From positions 2,046 to 66,045 of the forward strand of contig CAYMVA010000127.1 in NCBI GenBank assembly GCA_964393745.1: DNA of 64,000 nucleotides. The letters are read 5' to 3'. A program made the position numbers and the translations under genes. Below are positions 54,817-63,529 of the stretch, piece by piece. Every line of letters starts with the position of its first letter. Within the stretch, counting starts at the first letter, position 1. The DNA is from an uncultured Enterobacteriaceae bacterium (lineage in GTDB: Bacteria > Pseudomonadota > Gammaproteobacteria > Burkholderiales > SG8-39). The notes under the pieces were generated by a model. It saw only the letters and a program-made list of their open reading frames with translations. It was not told where the DNA came from and made no database searches.

Positions 54817-56649
54817 ATGACTTCCGTATCTATCCTCATCCAGTTTCTGAATGGCCTGGCGAGCGCCTCGTCGCTCTTCTTGGTCGCGGCCGGCCTATCG
54901 CTCATCTTTGGCGTCACCCGGATCGTCAACTTCGCCCACGGCTCGCTCTACATGCTGGGCATGTACGTGGCCGTAACCCTGGCGGACAAGATCGGCTTCT
55001 GGTGGAGCGTGCCGCTTGCCGCGCTCGCGGTGGCGGCCTTCGGCGCGCTGGTCGAGGCGCTGCTGCTGCGCAGGCTGTACGGCGCCCCGGAGTTGCTGCA
55101 GTTGCTCGCCACCTTCGCGCTGGTGCTGGTGGTGAAGGACTTCTCCCTCTGGCAATGGGGGCCGGAGGACATCCTCGGCCCCCGGGCGCCGGGCCTGAAC
55201 CAAGCGGTGACGATCGCGGGCATCCAATTCCCCGAATACGACTTGTTCCTGATCGCCTTCGGGCCGCTGGTGCTGGGCGCGCTGTGGCTGCTGCTCACGC
55301 GCACGCGCTGGGGAACCTTGGTGCGCGCAGCGACCCAGGACCGCGAAATGGCGGGCGCGCTCGGCGTCAACCAGCGATGGCTATTCACAGGCGTGTTCGC
55401 GCTCGGCGCGCTGCTCGCCGGGCTGGGCGGCGCGCTGCAGATCCCGCGCGAGCCGGCGACGCTGCTGATCGATCTCTCGGTGGTGTCCGATGCGTTCGTG
55501 GTGGTGGTGGTCGGGGGCCTCGGCTCCATCCCCGGCGCCTTCGTCGCCGCGCTGCTGATCGCGGAGATCAAGGCGTTCTGCATCGGGCTGGGATTCTCCA
55601 AGCTCACGCTAGTGGCCGAGTTCATCGTCATGGCGGTGGTGCTGGTGATCCGCCCATGGGGGCTGCTCGGCCGCATGCCGGCGCAGGCGCGCGGCCCCGG
55701 CGCCGTGGAACGGCCGCTCGCCCCGCCCTCGCCGCGCATGCTGGGCGCGCTCGCGGCGCTGGCGCTCGCCCTCGCACTGATTCCGCTGCTCACGGCGGGA
55801 TACACGCTGGTGCTGATGACCGACATTCTGGTGTTCGCGCTGTTCGCCGTCAGCCTGCACTTCATCATGGGGCCCGCTGGGCTGCACTCCTTCGGCCACG
55901 CGGCGTATTTCGGCCTCGGCGCCTACGGCGCGGGACTGCTGCTGATCCGCGGCGGCGCGCCGATGGAACTCTCGCTCGTGCTCGCGCCGCTGCTGGGCGG
56001 CCTGGGCGCACTCGTCTTCGGCTGGTTCTGCGTGCGACTGTCGGGCGTGTATCTCGCCATGCTGACGCTCGCGTTTGCGCAGATCGCCTGGTCGGTGGTG
56101 TTCCAGTGGGATGCGTTCACCGGCGGCTCGAACGGCCTGGTCGGCGTCTGGCCGGCGAAATGGCTCGCCTCCAAAACCGCCTACTACTACCTGACGCTCG
56201 CGGGCTGCGTCGCAGGCATCGCATTGCTGTGGCGCGCGCTCTACGCGCCCTTCGGCTACGCGCTGCGCGCGGCGCGCGATTCGCCGCTGCGCGCCGACGC
56301 CATCGGCATGGACGTGCGCCGCCTGCAGTGGGCCGCGTTCACCTTCGCCGGCCTGTTCGCGGGCGTGGCCGGCGCGCTGTACGCGTTTTCCAAGGGATCG
56401 ATCTCGCCCGAGTCCATGTCGGTGCCGCGCTCGGTGGACGGGCTGGTGATGGTGCTGCTCGGCGGCGTCCAGACGCTCACCGGCGCGGTGTGGGGCGCGG
56501 CGCTCTTTACCTGGCTGCAGGACGTGGTGGCGCGCTCGATCGATTACTGGCGCGCGGTGCTCGGCATCGTGATCTTGGTGCTGGTGCTTGTCTTCCCACA
56601 GGGAGTGACCGGTTTCATCGCCGAGCGCCTGGAGGCGCGCCGCGAATGA
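54817..56649 (+). CDS. Branched-chain-type ABC transporter permease, fused LivH-like + LivM-like halves
   Basis: 610-aa polytopic ORF. The first half resembles LivH (..NFAHGSLYMLGMY..) and the second half LivM (..HSFGHAAYFGLGAYGAG..). Confidence 0.88.
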   Translation: MTSVSILIQFLNGLASASSLFLVAAGLSLIFGVTRIVNFAHGSLYMLGMYVAVTLADKIGFWWSVPLAALAVAAFGALVEALLLRRLYGAPELLQLLATFALVLVVKDFSLWQWGPEDILGPRAPGLNQAVTIAGIQFPEYDLFLIAFGPLVLGALWLLLTRTRWGTLVRAATQDREMAGALGVNQRWLFTGVFALGALLAGLGGALQIPREPATLLIDLSVVSDAFVVVVVGGLGSIPGAFVAALLIAEIKAFCIGLGFSKLTLVAEFIVMAVVLVIRPWGLLGRMPAQARGPGAVERPLAPPSPRMLGALAALALALALIPLLTAGYTLVLMTDILVFALFAVSLHFIMGPAGLHSFGHAAYFGLGAYGAGLLLIRGGAPMELSLVLAPLLGGLGALVFGWFCVRLSGVYLAMLTLAFAQIAWSVVFQWDAFTGGSNGLVGVWPAKWLASKTAYYYLTLAGCVAGIALLWRALYAPFGYALRAARDSPLRADAIGMDVRRLQWAAFTFAGLFAGVAGALYAFSKGSISPESMSVPRSVDGLVMVLLGGVQTLTGAVWGAALFTWLQDVVARSIDYWRAVLGIVILVLVLVFPQGVTGFIAERLEARRE

Positions 56650-57398
56650 GTGTTCTCAAAGTCAGCGGGCTCTCCAAGGCCTTCGGCGGCGTGCAGGCGG
56701 TCGCAAGCGTGAGTTTCGGTGTCGCCGCGGGCGAGCTGCTGGCGATGATCGGCCCCAATGGCGCCGGCAAGACCACCTGCTTCAACATGGTGAACGGCCA
56801 GCTCGCGCCCGATGCGGGCGCGATCGAGTTCGAAGGCCGCAGCCTGGTGGGGCTGGCGCCGCGCGAGATCTGGCGCCTGGGCGTGGGCCGTACTTTCCAG
56901 ATCACCGCCACCTTCGGCTCGATGACGGTGCGCGAAAACGTGCAGATGGCGCTGCTCTCGCACCACCGGCGCCTGGGCTCGGCGTTTTCCTCGGCCGCGC
57001 GCAGCTGCGTCGAGGAGGCGAACGCGCTGCTCTTGCGCGTCGGCATGCAAGAGCAGGCCGAGCGCGCCTGCGCGGTGCTCGCCTACGGCGACCTGAAGCG
57101 CGTGGAACTCGCGGTGGCGCTCGCCAACAAGCCCCGGCTGCTCCTCATGGACGAGCCGACCGCGGGCATGGCGCCCAGGGAGCGCAACGAGCTGATGCAG
57201 CTCGCCGCGGAACTGGCGCGCAAGTCGGACATCGCAGTGCTTTTCACCGAGCACGACATGGACGTTGTCTTCACGCACGCAGACCGCGTCATCGTGCTCG
57301 CCGAGGGCGCGCTGATCGCCGAAGGCACGCCCGCGGAGGTGCGCGCCAACGAGCGCGTGCGCGAGGTGTATCTCGGAACGGGGCTGGCCCATGCTTGA
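56646..57398 (+). CDS. ABC transporter ATP-binding protein (LivG-like)
   Basis: ATG 56646 overlaps the permease stop. It has Walker A GPNGAGKTT, signature-like YGDLKRVELA and Walker B LLLMDEP. Confidence 0.9.
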   Translation: MSVLKVSGLSKAFGGVQAVASVSFGVAAGELLAMIGPNGAGKTTCFNMVNGQLAPDAGAIEFEGRSLVGLAPREIWRLGVGRTFQITATFGSMTVRENVQMALLSHHRRLGSAFSSAARSCVEEANALLLRVGMQEQAERACAVLAYGDLKRVELAVALANKPRLLLMDEPTAGMAPRERNELMQLAAELARKSDIAVLFTEHDMDVVFTHADRVIVLAEGALIAEGTPAEVRANERVREVYLGTGLAHA

Positions 57399-58092
57399 GG
57401 TAAAGGGCCTCAACGCGGCCTACGGCCGGGCGCACATCCTCTACGACCTCGCGCTCGAGGCGCGCGCCGGCGAAGTGGTGGTGCTGCTCGGCAGGAACGG
57501 CGCCGGCAAATCCACCACCCTCAAGACGCTCATGGGGCTGGTGCGCCCGCTCTCGGGCGAGCTCCGCTTCGATGGCGCGCGCATCGACCGCCTGCCGCCT
57601 TTCCAGATCGCGCGCCTCGGGCTGGGCTACGTGCCCGAGGACCGGCGCATTTTCACCGATCTCACGGTGGCGGAAAACCTCGAGGTCGGCCGCCAAGCGG
57701 CGCGCCCGGGCGTTGCCGGCTGGACGCCCGAGAAACTGTTCGCCCTGTTCCCCAACCTCGGCCGCATGCGCGAACGGCGCGGCGCCCGCATGTCGGGTGG
57801 CGAGCAGCAGATGTTGACCATCGCGCGCACTCTGATGGGCAACCCGCGCGCCGTGCTGCTCGACGAGCCTTCCGAGGGCCTCGCGCCGGTGATCGTGGAA
57901 GGCATCGCCGGCACCATCCGCGAGCTCAAGCGCGAGGGCCTGTGCGTGCTGCTGTGCGAGCAGAACCTGCATTTCGCGCACGCGGTCGCCGACCGCGCCT
58001 ACATCGTGGAGAAAGGCCACATCCGCTACGCCGGAACCATGGCGGAGCTGGAAGCCAACCCCGCGGTGCGCGAGCAGTACTTATCGGTGTGA
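57391..58092 (+). CDS. ABC transporter ATP-binding protein (LivF-like)
   Basis: 233-aa ORF with Walker A GRNGAGKST, signature MSGGEQQML and Walker B VLLDEPSEGL. Confidence 0.9.
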   Translation: MLEVKGLNAAYGRAHILYDLALEARAGEVVVLLGRNGAGKSTTLKTLMGLVRPLSGELRFDGARIDRLPPFQIARLGLGYVPEDRRIFTDLTVAENLEVGRQAARPGVAGWTPEKLFALFPNLGRMRERRGARMSGGEQQMLTIARTLMGNPRAVLLDEPSEGLAPVIVEGIAGTIRELKREGLCVLLCEQNLHFAHAVADRAYIVEKGHIRYAGTMAELEANPAVREQYLSV

Positions 58093-58109
58093 TAGACTAC
58101 ACTTTGACC
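58087..58109. repeat. Degenerate copy of the junction element at the livF-like gene end
   Basis: GTGTGAtAGACTACACTTTGACC compares with GTGTAAagtgAGACTttACACTTTGGCC of copy C. As in copy C, the upstream gene ends with GTG + stop inside the element. Confidence 0.5.
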
Positions 58110-58122
58110 ATAATTCTGGTCA
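58105..58122 (+). promoter_or_regulatory. Perfect inverted repeat upstream of the antitoxin gene (candidate TA operator; overlaps a TTGACC -35-like hexamer)
   Basis: TGACCA-TAATTC-TGGTCA ends 19 nt upstream of the antitoxin ATG. The GAAAGGA Shine-Dalgarno follows. Confidence 0.5.
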
Positions 58123-58140
58123 TCTAGAGAAAGGAACGCC

Positions 58141-58437
58141 ATGGACCGCGTGCTGCCGATTTCCGAAGTGAAAGCAAGGCTTCCCGAACTGGTCTCCGAC
58201 GTCCAGGACAAGGACGAGACCATCATCGTCACGCGCAACGGCCGGCCTGCCGCGGTGCTGGTCAATCACGCCGAGTACGAGAGTCTCAAGGAAACGCTCG
58301 ACGTGCTGAGCGACCCCGACCTGATGAACCAGATCCGCGAAAGCCGCGCCTATTACCGCGCGGGCGGCAAGGGCCTCTCGTTCGAGGACGTGTTCGGCGA
58401 GCCTCTCGTCCCGGCGAGGCGCCGTCGCCGGAAATGA
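58141..58437 (+). CDS. Type II antitoxin, Phd/YefM family
   Basis: 98-aa ORF starting MDRVLPISEVKARLPELVSDVQDKDETIIVTRNGRPAAVLV..., a canonical Phd/YefM N-terminal domain. It overlaps the toxin gene by 4 nt. Confidence 0.88.
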   Translation: MDRVLPISEVKARLPELVSDVQDKDETIIVTRNGRPAAVLVNHAEYESLKETLDVLSDPDLMNQIRESRAYYRAGGKGLSFEDVFGEPLVPARRRRRK

Positions 58438-58718
58438 GTCTTTATCGAGTCGAGATCCCGCCCCGGGTCGCCGAGTTCATCCGCCATCTCGAACCGCAGC
58501 TGAAGCAGAGGATCCGGGCGGCGCTGCGCACGCTGGCAGCCGATCCCGCGCGCGGCGAACCCTTGAAGAGGGACCTCAGTGAATATCGCAAATACCGGGT
58601 GGGACGCTTCCGGATCGTGTACGCGCGGGACGCAAAAGGCCGGGTTGTCCGCATCATGGCTGTGGGCCAGCGGCGCAGGGTCTACGAAGAACTGGCAAGG
58701 ATGGTGAAGGCGCGATGA
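58434..58718 (+). CDS. Type II toxin, RelE/ParE family
   Basis: 94-aa ORF with ..YRKYRVGRFRIVYARDAKGRVVRIMAVGQRRRVYE.., typical of the RelE/ParE fold. It sits directly downstream of the antitoxin. Confidence 0.85.
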   Translation: MSLYRVEIPPRVAEFIRHLEPQLKQRIRAALRTLAADPARGEPLKRDLSEYRKYRVGRFRIVYARDAKGRVVRIMAVGQRRRVYEELARMVKAR

Positions 58719-60724
58719 ACTGGATCGCTGGCGTCGACGTAGGCGGCACCTTCACCGACCTGATCGCGCTCGACGCCGCCTCGGGCGAGATGCGCCTCGC
58801 CAAGGTGCCGACTACGCCGGGCAACCAGGCTTTCGGCGTGCTCGCCGCGCTCGACGAGGTGAAGCTCGCGCTCGACCAGCTCGCGCTGGTGGTACATGGC
58901 ACGACCACCACCACCAACGCGCTGCTCGAGCGCAAGCTCGCGAAAACCGGGCTCGTCACCACCAAGGGCTTTCGCGACGTGCTCGAGCTCGGCCGGCGCA
59001 CGCGCCCCAGCCCCTACGGACTGCGCGGCTGGTTCGAGCCCCTGATCCCGCGCGAGCTGCGGCTGGAAGTCGCCGGCCGCATGGACGCCGAAGGTGCCGA
59101 GGTGACGCCGCTAGACGAGGCAGCGGTGCACGATGCGGTGAAACGGCTTGCCACCGCGGGTTGCGAGTCGCTGGTGATCCATTTCCTGCACAGCTACATC
59201 AATCCTGCGCACGAGCAGCGCGCGCTCGCGATAGCGCGCGAGCTGTGGCCCAACCGCTACATCACCGCAGGCCACACCCTGCTGTCCGAATACCGCGAAT
59301 ACGAGCGCGGCGTCACCGCCGCGGTGAACGCCTCGGTGCAGCCGATTCTCGACCGCTACCTGAAGAAACTCTCGGAAGAACTGAAAGCACGCGGCTTCGC
59401 CAATGACCTGCTCGTGATGCAGGGCAACGGCGGCACGGTCTCGGCTGCGCTCGCCACCGACGCCGCGGTGAACACCGTCATGTCGGGCCCCGCCTCCGGC
59501 GTGATCGCTGCTGCCTACTCGTCCGCTGCAGCCGGCTACCCGCACGCGATCAGCTACGACATGGGCGGCACCTCGACCGACGTCGGCTTGATCCTCGAGG
59601 GGGTGCCGCAGGTGTCCTCCGAGCTCGAGATCGAATACGCGATGCCGGTGCACGTGCCGATGGTGGACGTGCACTCCATCGGCGCCGGCGGCGGCTCGAT
59701 CGCGTTTCTCGGCGAGGACGGCATGTTGAAGGTCGGGCCGCGCAGCGCCGGCGCGCATCCCGGCCCGATCTGCTACGGCCGCGGCGGCACCGAGCCCACC
59801 ATTACCGATGCCAACCTGCTGCTCGGCCGGCTGAACCCGGAGAAGCTGCTTGGCGTCAGCGGCCGCGCCGACCTTAAGGCGATCGGGACAATCTTTCTTG
59901 ATAAGCTCGGCCGGCCCCTCGGCCTCGATGCCACGGAGACCGCCGCCGCGATCGTGCGCATCGCCAACGACAAGATGGCGGGCGCGATCCGCATGGTGTC
60001 GCTCGCGCGCGGCCACGACCCGCGCGACTTCGTGCTGTTTCCGTTCGGCGGCGCAGGCCCGCTGCACGCCGCCGCGCTCGCGCGCGAACTCGGCATCCCG
60101 AAGCTGCTGGTGCCGGCGCGCCCCGGCATCACCAACGCGCTCGGCTGCGTGGTCGCCGATTTGCGGCACGACTACGTGAACACGGTGAACAAGCCCGTCG
60201 AGGCCGTAACCGCCGGGGAAATCGCCGCCATCCTCAAAGCGCAGATCGAAAGCGGCAAGCGGCTGCTCGAGCGCGAAGGCGTCGCCATCGAGGGCGTGCG
60301 CCTGCTGCACTCGGCCGACATGCAGTTCCAGGGCCAGAGCCACATCCTCAGCGTCGCGCTTCCCGGGACCGAGGTCTCGCGCGAGCAGCTGCAGGCGTTG
60401 TTCGATCGCGCCTACTGGAATCGCTTCGAAGTCGAGCTGCCCGAAATCCGCGCCGTGCTCGTCAATTTGCATACCGCGGTGATCGGCCTGCGGCCGCGTT
60501 TCGACCTGGGGATTCTTTCCGGCAAGCGCGCCGCAGCCGCCGCGGCGCAGCGCGAGGTGTGGTTCGATGGCGGTTGGCGCAAGACGCCGGTCTACCGGCG
60601 CGAAAACCTGCCCGCTGCGCTCGACGGCCCGGCGATCATCGAGCAGCTCGACTGCACCACCGTGCTCGAACCCGGCAACCGGGCGCGCGTCGACGCGCTC
60701 GGCAACCTGCTGGTCGAAGTGTAA
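58715..60724 (+). CDS. Hydantoinase/oxoprolinase family protein, A subunit (HyuA-like, ATP-dependent)
   Basis: 669-aa ORF starting IAGVDVGGTFTDLIA, with later DMGGTSTDV motifs of the hydantoinase_A family. The ATG overlaps the toxin stop (ATGA). Confidence 0.9.
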   Translation: MNWIAGVDVGGTFTDLIALDAASGEMRLAKVPTTPGNQAFGVLAALDEVKLALDQLALVVHGTTTTTNALLERKLAKTGLVTTKGFRDVLELGRRTRPSPYGLRGWFEPLIPRELRLEVAGRMDAEGAEVTPLDEAAVHDAVKRLATAGCESLVIHFLHSYINPAHEQRALAIARELWPNRYITAGHTLLSEYREYERGVTAAVNASVQPILDRYLKKLSEELKARGFANDLLVMQGNGGTVSAALATDAAVNTVMSGPASGVIAAAYSSAAAGYPHAISYDMGGTSTDVGLILEGVPQVSSELEIEYAMPVHVPMVDVHSIGAGGGSIAFLGEDGMLKVGPRSAGAHPGPICYGRGGTEPTITDANLLLGRLNPEKLLGVSGRADLKAIGTIFLDKLGRPLGLDATETAAAIVRIANDKMAGAIRMVSLARGHDPRDFVLFPFGGAGPLHAAALARELGIPKLLVPARPGITNALGCVVADLRHDYVNTVNKPVEAVTAGEIAAILKAQIESGKRLLEREGVAIEGVRLLHSADMQFQGQSHILSVALPGTEVSREQLQALFDRAYWNRFEVELPEIRAVLVNLHTAVIGLRPRFDLGILSGKRAAAAAAQREVWFDGGWRKTPVYRRENLPAALDGPAIIEQLDCTTVLEPGNRARVDALGNLLVEV

Positions 60725-60751
60725 AGTGAGACTTTACACTTTGGCCGCTGC
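60717..60751. repeat. 35-nt AT-rich palindromic junction element, copy C (hyuA stop / hyuA-hyuB spacer)
   Basis: aagTGTAAAGTgagACTTTACActttggccgctgc has 9-bp perfect arms (60719..60739). The hyuA stop codon TAA (60722..60724) lies in the left arm. Confidence 0.85.
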
Positions 60752-60777
60752 CGCCCGCCTTCGCTTTGGTGCGTAGA

Positions 60778-62502
60778 ATGACACCGATGCTCGACCCGAT
60801 CACCCTCGCCGTGATCCAGAACGGCCTGCAGCAGGTGTGCAACGAGATGGATTTGGCGTTCTGCCGCGCGGCGTTCTCGCCCGTGATCTCGGAGGGCATG
60901 GACCGCTCCGACGGCATCTACGCGCGCGACGACGGGGCGCTGATCGCGCAGGGCGAGCTCGGGCTGCCGGTGTTCGTAGGCACAATGCAGTTCTCGACGC
61001 GCGTGCTGAGCGAGATGGTGCGGCAAAAGGGCTGGACGCTCGACCCGGGCGACGTGTTCATCGTCAACGACCCCTACCTCGGCGGCACGCACCTGATGGA
61101 CGTGCGCTTCGTGAAGCCGTTCTTCTACCGCGGGCAGCACTGGTGCTGGCTCTCGAACACCGGCCACTGGCCGGACCTGGGCGGCATGGTGCCGGGCGGA
61201 TTCTCCGCCAACGCCACCGAAGTCGAGCAGGAAGGGCTGCGCCTGCCGCCGGTGAAGCTCTACAAGAAGGGCATCATGGACGAGGAGATCCTCGCCATCA
61301 TCCTTTCCAACATCCGCATCGCCGACCAGCGCATCGGCGACATCAAGGCGCAAGGCGCCGCGCTCGCCATCGGCGAGAAGCGGCTCACGGCGCTCTTGGA
61401 CCGCTACGGCGCCGAGACCGTGGAGGCGGCAATCGCCGAGCTGCGCACGCGCGCCGCTCAACAGATGCGCGCCAAGATCTCGAAGATTCCGCTCGGAACC
61501 TATAACGGCCACTCGATCGTGGACTCCGACGGAGTGGTGAACGAGCCGCTGCACATCCGCCTCAAGCTGACCAAGACCGCGGACAACGATTTGGTGTTCG
61601 ATTTTGCGGGCTCCTCGCCGCCTTGCCGCGGTCCCATGAATTCGGTGCTCGCGACCACGCTTTCGTCGGTCTATCTCGCGGTGAAGCACGTCTTTCCCGA
61701 GGTGCCGATCAACGCCGGCACCTACGAGCCGCTCAAGGTGATCGAGCCCGAGGGCACGTTTCTGTACGCGAAGTACCCGCGGCCGGTATCGGGCTGCGCC
61801 GCCGAGGTAAGCCAGCGAATCGCCGAAGCCGTGTTTAACGCGCTCACGCAGGCGATTCCGGATGATCTCTTCGCCGCCCCGGCTGGCACCTCGGGCAATC
61901 TCGCCATCGGCGGCAGCGATCCGAAGCGCGGGCGCTCCTACGTGCTTTACCTCTTTACCGGCGGCGGCTACGGCGGCAGCCCGGTGTCGGACGGCATTTC
62001 CAACGGCTGCTCTACTATCGGCATCTCCAAGATGCCTCCGGTGGAGGTGATGGAGCAGTATTACCCGGTGCTGTTCGAGGAGTTCGCGATCAACGAGGGC
62101 TCGGGCGGCGCGGGCGAAGCGCGCGGCGGCTTTGGCGTCAACTACTCGATCCGCGTGCGCCGCGGCGAGGCGCGCGCCTCGATGGTGATGGACCACGGCC
62201 GCACCGGGCCGCTGGGCGCGCTCGGCGGCGCCGACGGCGGCGTCAACAAGGTGGCGATCGAGCGCAACGGCGAGCGCTACCAGCCGCCGCACCTGTCCAA
62301 GGACCAGGACATCCAGATGCAGCCCGGCGACCTGATCCGCGTCTCGACCCCGGGCGGCGGCGGCTACGGCGATCCGTCGAAGCGCGACCCCACCAAGGTG
62401 GCGCGCGACGTGATGCGCGGTTACTACTCCAATGCGGAAGCCGAGAAACTCTTCGGCGTGCGTTTCAATCCCGACGGCAGCGCCTACCGGCTAGCCGAGT
62501 GA
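60778..62502 (+). CDS. Hydantoinase B/oxoprolinase family protein (HyuB-like)
   Basis: Starts MTPMLDPITLAVIQNGLQQVCNEM.., typical of the hydantoinase_B N-terminus. ATG 60778 is preferred over the tracked TTG 60766. Confidence 0.9.
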   Translation: MTPMLDPITLAVIQNGLQQVCNEMDLAFCRAAFSPVISEGMDRSDGIYARDDGALIAQGELGLPVFVGTMQFSTRVLSEMVRQKGWTLDPGDVFIVNDPYLGGTHLMDVRFVKPFFYRGQHWCWLSNTGHWPDLGGMVPGGFSANATEVEQEGLRLPPVKLYKKGIMDEEILAIILSNIRIADQRIGDIKAQGAALAIGEKRLTALLDRYGAETVEAAIAELRTRAAQQMRAKISKIPLGTYNGHSIVDSDGVVNEPLHIRLKLTKTADNDLVFDFAGSSPPCRGPMNSVLATTLSSVYLAVKHVFPEVPINAGTYEPLKVIEPEGTFLYAKYPRPVSGCAAEVSQRIAEAVFNALTQAIPDDLFAAPAGTSGNLAIGGSDPKRGRSYVLYLFTGGGYGGSPVSDGISNGCSTIGISKMPPVEVMEQYYPVLFEEFAINEGSGGAGEARGGFGVNYSIRVRRGEARASMVMDHGRTGPLGALGGADGGVNKVAIERNGERYQPPHLSKDQDIQMQPGDLIRVSTPGGGGYGDPSKRDPTKVARDVMRGYYSNAEAEKLFGVRFNPDGSAYRLAE

Positions 62503-63485
62503 ACGCGCGCAGAAGGTTTCTCATCGCGGCGGTAACGGCGGTGCTTGCGACTCCGCTCGCCTCTCTCGCCCAGCAGAAGGGCAAGATCTGGCGCATCGGC
62601 GTGCTGGAGACGATATCCCCGGCATTGAACGCCGCCAACTTCGATGCCTTCCGACAAGGGCTGCGGGAACTCGGGTACGTCGAAGGACAGAACGTCGTCA
62701 TCGAGTACCGATCGGCCGATGGCCGCCAGGAGCGGTTTCCGGACCTGGCGACTGAGCTGGTTCGCCTGAAGGTGGACCTGATCGTGACAAGGGGGGCGCC
62801 AGCGTCCCTTGCAGCCAAGAATTCGACAAGAACGATTCCAGTGGTCATTGCAGCGACTGCCGATCCTGTCGGGTCCGGCATCGTCGCCAGCCTCGCGCGC
62901 CCGGGCGGGAATGTCACGGGGCTAAGCGCCTATAACGTCGAACTCTATGCGAAACGGGTCGAGCTGCTCAGAGAGCTGGTTCCGAGCCTCGCACGAATCG
63001 CAGGTCTCTTCAATATGAGTAACCCTGTTGTCCCATCTCAGTGGAAAGAGGTAGAGCGAGGGGCACGATCTCTCGGTGTCCAGCTCCAGCTTCTCGACGT
63101 GCGAAACCCTGAAGATTTGGGACGCGCCTTCGATGCGGCAACCAGGCAGCGTGCCGACGCGCTTGTCGTGGCGGTAGACGCCCTCACGCAGTCGAATCGG
63201 CAACTGATCGTTGACCTTGCGGCGAAGCACCGGCTGCCAGCGATTTATGGATCCGACGAGTTTGTCTACTCCGGGGGCTTGATCACCTACACGGTGAGCT
63301 TCCCTCATCTGTATTACCGTGCAGCGACTTACGTGGACAAGATCCTCAAGGGCGCGAAGCCTGGCGATCTGCCGGTCGAACAGCCAACCAAGTTCGAGCT
63401 GGTCATCAACATGAAAACCGCCAAAGCGCTCGGCATCACGATCCCGCAGTCCATTCTGGTGCGTGCGGACAGGGTGATCGAATGA
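62499..63485 (+). CDS. Periplasmic ABC-type substrate-binding protein (ABC_sub_bind/PF04392-like), orphan
   Basis: 328-aa ORF with a GTG start overlapping the hyuB stop. Signal peptide with RRRFLIAAV, then ..IWRIGVLE..., ..VDLIVT.., ..IPVV... The family call is from memory. Confidence 0.75.
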   Translation: MNARRRFLIAAVTAVLATPLASLAQQKGKIWRIGVLETISPALNAANFDAFRQGLRELGYVEGQNVVIEYRSADGRQERFPDLATELVRLKVDLIVTRGAPASLAAKNSTRTIPVVIAATADPVGSGIVASLARPGGNVTGLSAYNVELYAKRVELLRELVPSLARIAGLFNMSNPVVPSQWKEVERGARSLGVQLQLLDVRNPEDLGRAFDAATRQRADALVVAVDALTQSNRQLIVDLAAKHRLPAIYGSDEFVYSGGLITYTVSFPHLYYRAATYVDKILKGAKPGDLPVEQPTKFELVINMKTAKALGITIPQSILVRADRVIE

Positions 63486-63529
63486 CCCGTAAATCCGAAC
63501 ACATGCCAGCGTGCAACCGGAGTAATGCC

